The notes beneath the pieces are model-generated. The model had not been told where the DNA came from. It did no database searches and saw nothing but the letters and a program-made list of their open reading frames with translations. A stretch of 57,183 bases of DNA from an uncultured Pseudomonadota bacterium (GTDB taxonomy: Bacteria > Babelota > Babeliae > Babelales > CAIQNR01): contig CAZMYL010000003.1 in NCBI GenBank assembly GCA_964570505.1, positions 1 through 57,183 of the forward strand. Reading direction: 5' to 3'. Both the position numbers and the translations under genes were made by a program. Shown one piece after another: positions 48,895 through 57,183 of the stretch. The first letter of the stretch is position 1, and every line of letters starts with the position of its first letter.

Positions 48895-50151
48895 ATGTCT
48901 TTTATTTCATATCTTATTGAACATAATAGGTATTTAAATATTTTGGGAATTTTTGTTGTAATTGGTATTGCAATACTTTTTTCTAAGCATCGTTCAAAAA
49001 TTAATTTTAAATTAATTATAAATGCATTGTTAATGCAATGTGCTATTGCATTTTTTGCATTAAAGACCTCCGGAGGTCATAAAATTATAGAAAGTTTTGC
49101 ACAGGGTGTTTCGTATTTATATTTATATGCGGATGAAGGTGTAAAATTTTTATTTGGTAATTTAGCAAATAGTGTAGATACTCCATGGGGAACTGTTTTT
49201 GCTGTTAAAATTTTGCCATTAATAGTATTTTTTGGTGCATTTATGGCGCTTCTTTTTCATATAGGTATTGTACAATTGGTGGTAAATTTTGTGGGCCGTT
49301 TTGTTCGTCCCCTCTTGGGAGTTTCAGGTCCAGAAACTACATGTGCGATTGCTAATAGTTTTCTTGGTCAAACAGAATCTCCATTGCTTATTCGTAATTA
49401 TTTAAAAGATATGACTAAGTCAGAGTTATTTGTTGTTATGGTAAGCGGCATGGGAACTATTAGCGGTTCTATTTTAGTTGTTTTTGCTTCTATGGGCGCT
49501 CCTGTCAAATCACTTCTTACAGCAAGTGTTATGGCGATTCCTGCAACTATTATGATTGCTAAAATTTTACTTCCAGAAACAGAAAAAAGATCTGATACAA
49601 ATCTTGTTGTGGCAGATAAAGCAACATCGGCAAATATTTTTGATGCTCTTTCTACTGGTACATCAGATGGTCTTGGTTTAGCGCTTAATGTTGGAGCAAT
49701 GCTTATAGCATTTATTGCTCTTATGAGTATGGTAAATGGCATATTATCTGGTACTTCTGGGTATATTAATCAGTTGTTTTATGCAGATTTTCCTGTTTTG
49801 ACTATTGATTATATTTTCTCAAAATTATTTTATCCATTTGCATGGTTGCTTGGTTTTACAGGTGAAGAAGCGCTTTCTGTAGCAGAGCTTTTAGGAACTA
49901 AAGTTGGAATTAATGAATTTTTAGCATATTACAAATTGGTAGGAATGAATCTTTCAGAAAGAACTGCTGCAGTAGTTTCGTTTGCTCTTTGTGGTTTTTC
50001 TAATTTTGCATGTATAGGAATTCAAGTTGGAGGAATTGGTGTATTGGTACCAGAAAAAAGAGTATGGCTTACTGAGCTTGGAGTAAAAGCTGTATTAGGA
50101 GGTGCACTTTCTAATCTTTTAACAGCTATGATTGCAGGGTTATTTTTATAA
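48895..50151 (+). CDS. Concentrative nucleoside transporter (CNT/NupC family)
   Basis: FLGQTESPL, MTKSELF, NVGAMLIAF, KVGINEFLAY, FALCGFSNF. Confidence 0.93.
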   Translation: MSFISYLIEHNRYLNILGIFVVIGIAILFSKHRSKINFKLIINALLMQCAIAFFALKTSGGHKIIESFAQGVSYLYLYADEGVKFLFGNLANSVDTPWGTVFAVKILPLIVFFGAFMALLFHIGIVQLVVNFVGRFVRPLLGVSGPETTCAIANSFLGQTESPLLIRNYLKDMTKSELFVVMVSGMGTISGSILVVFASMGAPVKSLLTASVMAIPATIMIAKILLPETEKRSDTNLVVADKATSANIFDALSTGTSDGLGLALNVGAMLIAFIALMSMVNGILSGTSGYINQLFYADFPVLTIDYIFSKLFYPFAWLLGFTGEEALSVAELLGTKVGINEFLAYYKLVGMNLSERTAAVVSFALCGFSNFACIGIQVGGIGVLVPEKRVWLTELGVKAVLGGALSNLLTAMIAGLFL

Positions 50152-50164
50152 TTTTGATTGTTAT

Positions 50165-50195
50165 AAAAAAAAGCCGCTTTTATAGCGGCTTTTTT
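50165..50195. terminator. Bidirectional terminator
   Basis: A-run-GCCGCT/AGCGGC-T-run between convergent genes. Confidence 0.8.
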
Positions 50196-50216
50196 GTTGG
50201 AATTTTTATTTGTTTT

Positions 50217-51485
50217 TTACATAAAATGTTCTGTTATGTTGTCTATCATAACAATGCCATCTTCTTGATAAATAGCGCATATTGTATGTGCAGTTCCTGC
50301 AGGAATAGAAATTTTCTTTTTACTGTGATCAAGAGTGAGGTGAACTTTTGTTTGAATACCTTTTTGATTAAATATAGGAAGAGTCATAAAACGAGCTGAT
50401 AAAGCAGGGATTGTATAGTAAATTTTTGGTGTATAAAAAAAACTTGCATCATCAGGATATACAGCTTTTATTTTTTGATTTTTTGTTGTGGTATTGTAAA
50501 TTACAAGGCCTTGTTCTGATTCTTCTTTAAGTGAAATAATTTGCAGTGTATTTTCTGTAGCGTCGTAATCATTAGTGTTTTGTATGCCAATTATTGAAAG
50601 GTTATTGTTTTCTATGATGGATTCTGCAGTTTCAATATATGATGGATTATTACATGCAACGCGTAAATAATGTATTGTTGTAGGTATAACAATTTTTGCT
50701 ATAGGTCCAAGATGTTGTGCTATGCAAATTTCATGATCTTGACTATCTTGCCCATAAATAGCAATTTTTTGACCAGTGCTATTCATTACAATAATTTCTT
50801 TTTCTTCTACAATAATTTCTTCAACAACTTCTTCCGGTTCTAAGGCCATTTGATCTTCGTTGTTATTTGTTATCGATTCTTCTGTTTTTTCGGTAGGTTC
50901 TTCTGATTCAATTTGATTATCTGCTTTGTTTTCAGATTCTGTTGGTAATGTTAATTCTTTTTTAGAAGGATTAGAGTCGGCAGTGGTTTCAGAAGGTTGT
51001 GATTCTTCAGTAATAGTGGTGAGCATAGGTTCTGGTGTTGCTTCTTTTTCTTGAGTAGTTTCTGAGACTGCTTCATTTTTTGGTTCGTTAGTTTGTTTTT
51101 CTATAGAAGTAGTTTCATTGTTAGGATTTTCTGAATTACTTGTTGAACTTATTTCATCTTTTTTTTCTAAAATTTCTGCTGGAGTTGTTTCAGTGGGAGG
51201 GACTTCTGTATTTGTCATAAGAGCTGTTGGTGCTGCAGGAGTATTGATGGAATCATTTTCTGCTAAAGGCTGTGTAGCCATTGCAATTGCTGGATTTGGT
51301 AAAATGGTAATAGAAGTAGAAGAAGCTTCTGGGGCAGGTGTTGATGTTTTTTCATTTGAGGTATTTGATCCCATCATAAAAAGTGGAGTTTTGCCAGATG
51401 GATTAACCATTGATGGTGTTGCTGCGCTTGAAAGTGATGTGCATAGAACAAGTAAGCTAATTTGTAGCGTTATAATATGTTTCAT
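50217..51485 (-). CDS. Secreted protein with a long Ser/Thr/Glu/Pro-rich stalk and a beta-rich C-terminus
   Basis: Start ATG 51485 (AAAGGA RBS); MKHIITLQISLLVLCTSLSSA signal; low-complexity middle. Confidence 0.75.
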   Translation of the reverse strand: MKHIITLQISLLVLCTSLSSAATPSMVNPSGKTPLFMMGSNTSNEKTSTPAPEASSTSITILPNPAIAMATQPLAENDSINTPAAPTALMTNTEVPPTETTPAEILEKKDEISSTSNSENPNNETTSIEKQTNEPKNEAVSETTQEKEATPEPMLTTITEESQPSETTADSNPSKKELTLPTESENKADNQIESEEPTEKTEESITNNNEDQMALEPEEVVEEIIVEEKEIIVMNSTGQKIAIYGQDSQDHEICIAQHLGPIAKIVIPTTIHYLRVACNNPSYIETAESIIENNNLSIIGIQNTNDYDATENTLQIISLKEESEQGLVIYNTTTKNQKIKAVYPDDASFFYTPKIYYTIPALSARFMTLPIFNQKGIQTKVHLTLDHSKKKISIPAGTAHTICAIYQEDGIVMIDNITEHFM

Positions 51486-51555
51486 AATTTCCTTTCTTAA
51501 TATGATTCTTGTTATTTTTTTGCAAAAAGTAACCTTTTGTGTCAATACAATTGCA

Positions 51556-52644
51556 TTATATTCTCTTTTTAATGCAATTCTTTTTTTGATTTTCATTGTT
51601 TAGATAGGCAATTGTATTGTTATGAATAATAGGAAGATGAGCAGCTTTATATTCAAGAACTTTAGTTGGTCTTGAAACCCAATTAAGAATATGTTTTTTT
51701 CTTAATATAATTCCACTGTCACTAGCGCAAAGATATGCATATACCTGAGTATAAGAAACAGATTCAATATGAAAAGAATTTTCAGGGAGCGAAATAGTAG
51801 TTACAATTTTAAAAGCTTCTTTTATGTCTGGTGTAATAATAAGAAGATATGAATTTTTTTTATTGTGTAGTTGTTTTTTAAAATAAAGAATTGTTTCTTT
51901 AAAGCATTGCCATGGCTTGCAAGAGCCATTGTAAATATAAACATAGTGATCTTTATGTAATTTTAATTGTGTCCTAATTTGATTTCGCCATATTTTTTTT
52001 TGTTCAATGGAAATTGTTGCAGGAATATCATTAATTGCATGTGTATAAAGTGTAGGACTTGGATAGTAATTTTTTTTTAAATAGTCTTCTAATGCTTGGC
52101 TTACTGATTCAATTATAAAGGTTATATTATTGGGGTTATTCCATTGATACACTTTTTGTTCGAAGTAAAAAAGTTGTTTGTATCGTAAATATATTACAAT
52201 TTTTTTATACCAAGATTGATTTAAAAGAGATTCTTCGTGTGTATATAAAAATTCTTCTGCAAGAAGTCCACGCGCTTGTAGTGTAAATTGAATGCATGTT
52301 GATGAAATAATACTTTGAGCAATTGCGCCTGCAAAGGGCCCTCGTGCTTGTAAGCTATAAAAAGAAAATGATGAAAGTATTTTTTTACATTGTATTTTTG
52401 CAAAAAGAATCGAAAAATATCCAAAAAAATATTGTGTTTTCTTTAAGATAAAAATTTTAAAATTTGGATGAATTGTATTAAGTAGTTCTAATTTTTTTGA
52501 TTCAATTATTTTGTTTTCAAAGCTGATGAGCGTGATTTTGAGGCCAGGTTGTATATGTAATTCTTTAAGGAGAGGGTTAAGAACTTGGCCTTCAAAAATT
52601 GAATGATTAATTCCGTCATAAATAATAACTACTTTTTCTTGCAT
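51556..52644 (-). CDS. Glycosyltransferase family 4-like protein
   Basis: ARGLLAEE, YNGSCKPWQ, SRPTKVLEYKAAHLPII. Confidence 0.75.
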   Translation of the reverse strand: MQEKVVIIYDGINHSIFEGQVLNPLLKELHIQPGLKITLISFENKIIESKKLELLNTIHPNFKIFILKKTQYFFGYFSILFAKIQCKKILSSFSFYSLQARGPFAGAIAQSIISSTCIQFTLQARGLLAEEFLYTHEESLLNQSWYKKIVIYLRYKQLFYFEQKVYQWNNPNNITFIIESVSQALEDYLKKNYYPSPTLYTHAINDIPATISIEQKKIWRNQIRTQLKLHKDHYVYIYNGSCKPWQCFKETILYFKKQLHNKKNSYLLIITPDIKEAFKIVTTISLPENSFHIESVSYTQVYAYLCASDSGIILRKKHILNWVSRPTKVLEYKAAHLPIIHNNTIAYLNNENQKKNCIKKRI

Positions 52645-52646
52645 AA

Positions 52647-53861
52647 TTATTGAGATAAAAGAATATGCAATTGATCAATGTTATAATAAATAGAAATAAT
52701 TAATGCTATTAAAGCTGGTATTTTTATAGGTGTAAAATTAAATAATTTGTAAGCTATATTTGCAAAAGTAATTACAATTAATACTGGATAGCATATATTT
52801 ATAATAGGCAGTGATACTTTCATAATAGTATTGAGGCCATAACAAGATAAATATCCTGTAGAAATAAGTACTAAAACTAATGCAGTGCTATATTTCATAA
52901 ATCCAAGAGTAAGTTCTTTATGAATATACTCAGCAAGTACCAGTGCAAGAGCAATAATGGTAGAATAGCATGCCATTGCAACAGCAAGTGCAATAATTAA
53001 TGCTCCATGTTCTCCCATAACTACAAAAGAAACTTGGCTAAAAAGTGCAGCAGAGTTTGAAGTTGTTGCAAATAATGGACCATAATAAGCTCCTAAAAGA
53101 GCAAGGCCATAATATACAATTGCAAGTAGTAAGCAACCAATGATTCCAGCTTTCATGCCAGTAATTGCGAGTGTGCGTAAATTATAATCTTTTTCATCGG
53201 AAACACTTTTTTTAAGAATTGAAAGAACTGCAGATGCAAAAAATAGTGCTCCTAGTAAATCAAGTGATGCGTATCCAAATTTCATTTGTTCATAAAATAC
53301 AGTAGATGCAGATTCTGGTACGGACAATAATTCTTGTGGGTGTAAAATACCTTTAATAATAATAATTCCTAATGATCCTAATAATAAAGGAGATATCCAT
53401 TTTCCTAAAAAGCTTATAATGCTGTTTTCTTTGTAAGTTGCAAAGAAAGTTAAAGTGCAAAATAAAATAGTGAAAATGTTTAGTGGTATAGAGAATTGGA
53501 TATTATTATAAGTAAATAAACCAATAAATGGATAAAGCATTTCATATGAAAGTGTAATAATTCGAGACATTGCAATGCATGGTCCAATTACGCACATACA
53601 AAATAAAATGGTTAAAAATCCTGGAATTTTTCCTAATCTTCCAAAAAAAGCTTTGTAATCACCATTGAATAGGATCATAGCAATAAGACCAATCAGTGGT
53701 AAAATTACAGCAGTTATCATATAACCGGTAATACCGTAGTAAAATTTATCTCCAGAAACTAAACCTGTTTGTATAGGTAAAATTAAATTTCCAGCTCCAA
53801 AAAACATCGAAAATATTGCAAGACCTACTGTTATTGTGGTTGATTTAAAAAGTTTTTTCAT
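52647..53861 (-). CDS. brnQ: Branched-chain amino acid transporter (LIVCS family)
   Basis: GLAIFSMFFGAGNLILP, GKWISP, GYASLDLLGALFF; about 12 TMs. Confidence 0.9.
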   Translation of the reverse strand: MKKLFKSTTITVGLAIFSMFFGAGNLILPIQTGLVSGDKFYYGITGYMITAVILPLIGLIAMILFNGDYKAFFGRLGKIPGFLTILFCMCVIGPCIAMSRIITLSYEMLYPFIGLFTYNNIQFSIPLNIFTILFCTLTFFATYKENSIISFLGKWISPLLLGSLGIIIIKGILHPQELLSVPESASTVFYEQMKFGYASLDLLGALFFASAVLSILKKSVSDEKDYNLRTLAITGMKAGIIGCLLLAIVYYGLALLGAYYGPLFATTSNSAALFSQVSFVVMGEHGALIIALAVAMACYSTIIALALVLAEYIHKELTLGFMKYSTALVLVLISTGYLSCYGLNTIMKVSLPIINICYPVLIVITFANIAYKLFNFTPIKIPALIALIISIYYNIDQLHILLSQ

Positions 53862-54073
53862 GAAAACCTTAAGTTTTAATAATTAAATAAATATATAATT
53901 TTAAATTATTATCTTTAAAAATCAAAATTTTAATGTCTAAAGTTATTTTATATTTTGATTAAGAGTATTTTTTTAATAAGCCCTTTTATTTGCAGAAATG
54001 TTACAAGAATATAAACTTTGAAAATATTAAAAATTGAATAGAATCAGGTATTTTTTATAAAGGTTTTGGCTGC

Positions 54074-56467
54074 ATGAGGTTTTGTAAAAATTTTAAAGAG
54101 ATATGTCTTTCAGATAGTGCAATAGTAGGTGGTAAAAATGCTTCATTAGGTCAAATGATTAATGATCTTCATACAGCAAATATTAAAGTTCCTGCTGGAT
54201 TTGCCGTTACAGTTGAAGCATATTGGTATTTTTTAGATAAAGCTGGAGCGCGGTCTTTATTACAAAATATTTTTGAGCCACTACGCAGTTCTGAAAAAAA
54301 TATTGATTTGAAAGTTTTGCAAAAAATCGGGAAAAAAGCTCGTTCACTTATTACATCGCTTGATGTACCGCATGATCTTTCACAAGAATTATATAAGGCC
54401 TATCAATCTTTATGTGAGGAGGCAGGCAGTCAAGATTGTTCTGTTGCGGTTAGATCATCTGCAACAGCAGAAGATTTACCCGATGCTTCATTTGCAGGGC
54501 AGCAAGATTCTTATTTAAATATTAAAGGATTTCAATCATTATTATCTGCTTATAAAAATTGCTTAGCCTCTTTATTTACTGATCGTGCAATTGCATATCG
54601 TATAGAAAAGGGCTTTGATCATTTTTCAGTTGGACTTTCAGTTGGTGTTCAATTGATGGTTAGATCTGACTTAGCCTGTTCTGGTGTTATGTTTACTATT
54701 GATACAGAAAGTGGTTTTAAAAATAGTGTTATTATTACTGGTTCATATGGCCTTGGAGAGTCAGTTGTTCAAGGTGAAGTTATTCCTGATGAATTTCATG
54801 TTTTTAAACCAACGCTTTTGCAAGGGTACGATTCAATTATAAAAAAAGAATGTGGGCTTAAGCAAACAAAGAGAATTTTTGGAAAATCTCAAAATCATCC
54901 AGTACTCGTAAAAAGTGTTTTAAAAAAAGATGCTCAAAAGTATTGTTTGTCAGATAATGAAGTTATTGAGCTTGCTCGCATGGCTGTTACTATAGAAAAT
55001 CATTATTCAGCCCTTAAAGGAAGTTGGTCTCCTATGGATATTGAATGGGCAAAGGATGGTATTTCTGGAGAAATGTATATTGTTCAAGCTCGCCCAGAAA
55101 CGATACATAGTCTTGATGATGGAGTTCATACTTTTACTCGTTATTATCTTAAAAAAAGTTCTCAAGCAAAAGTTTTAGTAACTGGTCAAAGCGTTGGTCA
55201 AAAAATTGCTATTGGTAATGCATGCGTTGTTTCTAGTATTAATGATATAGACAAGGTTAAAGAAGGTGATGTTTTAGTCACTCGTATGACAGATCCAGAT
55301 TGGGTTCCTGTTATGAAAAAAGCATCTGCTATTATTACTGAAAATGGTGGGAGAACATGCCATGCTGCAATTGTTAGTAGAGAGCTTGGGATTCCTGCAA
55401 TTGTTGGAGCAACAGGAGCTTTAAAAAAAATAAAACAGGGTATGGGCATTACAGTTGATTGTAGTTCTGGCTCAGAAGGTAAAGTATACGATGCTCAATT
55501 AGAGATTGAAAAAACTGCAACTGTATTAAGTTCAATTGCAAAGCCTAAAGTTGCGGTTAATGTAAATATTGCTGCACCGGAATTTGCTTACAGTTTATCT
55601 AAGCTTCCTGTTGATGGAGTTGGTCTTGCTAGACTTGAATTTATTATTACTAATAGTATTCAGGTTCATCCTATGGCGTGTGTATCTTCTGAATTAATTA
55701 CTCATAAAAATGTTTTAAAAAAAGTACAGTATCTTGCGCGTAATTATTCAAACCCAGCTGATTTTTTTGTTCATAAAGTTGCACAAGGAGTTGCTACTAT
55801 AGCTGCTGCTTTTTATCCTAGGCCAGTACTGGTAAGATTTTCTGATTTTAAAAGCAATGAATATAGAGGCCTTTTAGGCGGTTCTTTATTTGAGCCAGAA
55901 GAAGAAAATCCTATGATGGGATTGCGAGGAGCTTCTCGTTATTATAATTCTTTATATGCACCTGCATTTGAACTTGAATGTAAGGCTATGAAGTATGTAA
56001 GAGAAGTTATGGGGTTTCATAATGTTAATCTTATGGTTCCTTTTGTGCGAACAGTTGAAGAAGGTAAAAAAATAATTGATCTTCTTGCAACGCACGGTCT
56101 TGTTTCTCAAAAGAATGGTCTTCAAATTTATATGATGTGCGAAATACCTTCTAATGTTTTATTGATAGAAGAATTTGCACAATATTTTGATGCTTTTTCT
56201 ATAGGGTCTAATGATTTGACTCAAACAACACTTTCGGTTGATCGAGATTCAGGTCTTTTAACAGCTTTATTTGATGAACGAGATCCTGCAGTCATAATGA
56301 TGCTTAAAATGGCAATAATAGGTGCGCATAAAGCTGGTAAAAAAATAGGTATTTGTGGTCAAGCACCGTCGGATCATCCAGCTATTGCTGATTTTTTAAT
56401 TGATGTTGGTATTGATTCTTTATCACTTAATCCCGATTCTGTGGTGCCTTTTTTGATAAGAAGTTAG
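54074..56467 (+). CDS. ppsA: Phosphoenolpyruvate synthase
   Basis: VGGKNASLG, RSSATAEDLPDASFAGQ, GGRTCHAAI (phospho-His), FSIGSNDLTQ, GICGQAPSD. Confidence 0.96.
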   Translation: MRFCKNFKEICLSDSAIVGGKNASLGQMINDLHTANIKVPAGFAVTVEAYWYFLDKAGARSLLQNIFEPLRSSEKNIDLKVLQKIGKKARSLITSLDVPHDLSQELYKAYQSLCEEAGSQDCSVAVRSSATAEDLPDASFAGQQDSYLNIKGFQSLLSAYKNCLASLFTDRAIAYRIEKGFDHFSVGLSVGVQLMVRSDLACSGVMFTIDTESGFKNSVIITGSYGLGESVVQGEVIPDEFHVFKPTLLQGYDSIIKKECGLKQTKRIFGKSQNHPVLVKSVLKKDAQKYCLSDNEVIELARMAVTIENHYSALKGSWSPMDIEWAKDGISGEMYIVQARPETIHSLDDGVHTFTRYYLKKSSQAKVLVTGQSVGQKIAIGNACVVSSINDIDKVKEGDVLVTRMTDPDWVPVMKKASAIITENGGRTCHAAIVSRELGIPAIVGATGALKKIKQGMGITVDCSSGSEGKVYDAQLEIEKTATVLSSIAKPKVAVNVNIAAPEFAYSLSKLPVDGVGLARLEFIITNSIQVHPMACVSSELITHKNVLKKVQYLARNYSNPADFFVHKVAQGVATIAAAFYPRPVLVRFSDFKSNEYRGLLGGSLFEPEEENPMMGLRGASRYYNSLYAPAFELECKAMKYVREVMGFHNVNLMVPFVRTVEEGKKIIDLLATHGLVSQKNGLQIYMMCEIPSNVLLIEEFAQYFDAFSIGSNDLTQTTLSVDRDSGLLTALFDERDPAVIMMLKMAIIGAHKAGKKIGICGQAPSDHPAIADFLIDVGIDSLSLNPDSVVPFLIRS

Positions 56468-56687
56468 GTTTTTTTGGATGTCTGCATTGTTTACACATTC
56501 CCCAAGAGGTCCATTCTCCTTTGCAAGAACATAAACATTGTGCATATCCATGAAATGTTAAATCTTTTGTTTGATTATTTCGACCAATGCCTTCTTCGTC
56601 TTTGTAGCTTATGCCGACGCAATCTTCTCGTGTTTTTATGAATGTATAAAAAGTAAGTATCATAACTAATAGAATTTTATTTTTCAT
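56427..56687 (-). CDS. Small secreted Cys-rich protein
   Basis: AAAGGA RBS; MKNKILLVMILTFYTFIKT signal; CLCSC...CKQCRH; overlaps the ppsA 3' end by 41 nt. Confidence 0.6.
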   Translation of the reverse strand: MKNKILLVMILTFYTFIKTREDCVGISYKDEEGIGRNNQTKDLTFHGYAQCLCSCKGEWTSWGMCKQCRHPKKPNFLSKKAPQNRD

Positions 56688-56699
56688 ATTATCCTTTGA

Positions 56700-56906
56700 T
56701 TACTTCTTTTTAGAAGTTGATATTTTATGAGAGCAGGTATTTTTTTGTTGAATGGTACTGTTTTGGCAATTACCAGTTTTATTTTTGTTTTGAATCTTTA
56801 AAAGACTTTGAGCTTGAGGTCTTCGTTTTGATACATGATTTAAAATAGTTGGACATAAAAAATAAATCTGAAGTAAAGCTTTTATTATTTTATTGTTTTT
56901 TTTCAT
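56700..56906 (-). CDS. Small basic hypothetical protein
   Basis: AAAGGG RBS; short hydrophobic stretch; same strand as, and 12 nt upstream of, the Cys-rich gene. Confidence 0.4.
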   Translation of the reverse strand: MKKNNKIIKALLQIYFLCPTILNHVSKRRPQAQSLLKIQNKNKTGNCQNSTIQQKNTCSHKISTSKKK

Positions 56907-57130
56907 ATAAGCCCTTTATTATTGATATTTTCATCAATAATAATACTTATTTTTATATTCAAACTGCAATAATAAGTGATTTTTGAATATAAGTCTTAAA
57001 TAAATAAGCTGATTTTTAAAAAAGAATTTTGTATTAAATATTTTAAAATAAATAATAAAATGATTGTTTTATTGATAGCAAAGATAAAAAGATGGTTTAA
57101 CAAGGTATTGATTGAATGATTAAAATATTA

Positions 57131-57183
57131 AGAGCCTATCTAAAAACTAAATATTGTTAAGAATGATGATCTGAAAGGTCATT
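57131..57183. mobile_element. Putative IS end (IS5 family, IS1031-like), inverted copy of 1-53
   Basis: TAA|GAGCCTATCTAAAAACTAAATATTGTTAAGAATGATGATCTGAAAGGTCATT; exact reverse complement of the window start. Confidence 0.6.

Overview
AT-rich bacterial chromosomal segment. Gene content suggests a host-dependent, protist-infecting bacterium, most likely phylum Dependentiae/Babelota (TM6); this is an inference, not a database result. It carries scattered housekeeping genes (dnaJ, tilS, gyrB, tadA, dksA, rpsI, glmS, sodA, lysS, recJ, cmk, pyrG, lon, rpsB, rpmE, prfA, ppsA), four tRNAs (Ser-GGA, Val-TAC, Asn-GTT, Asp-GTC), four tandem NTT/TLC nucleotide transporters, NupC and BrnQ transporters, and many orphan ORFs with MKK-type signal peptides. 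The first and last 53 bp are exact reverse complements and look like IS5-family ends, and the left one interrupts a gene. Main leads: (i) a shared, pseudoknot-capable leader motif abutting the RBS of NTT1 and NTT2, a candidate cis-regulatory RNA; (ii) exported effector-like proteins, namely a Pro/Gln-rich C2H2 zinc finger, a C-terminal J-domain protein, an Inc-like coiled coil and an apparent M48 pseudo-protease; (iii) a tRNA-bounded array of tiny, highly diverged secreted paralogs with signs of signal-peptide/domain shuffling. No CRISPR array, integrase, prophage or rRNA was seen.
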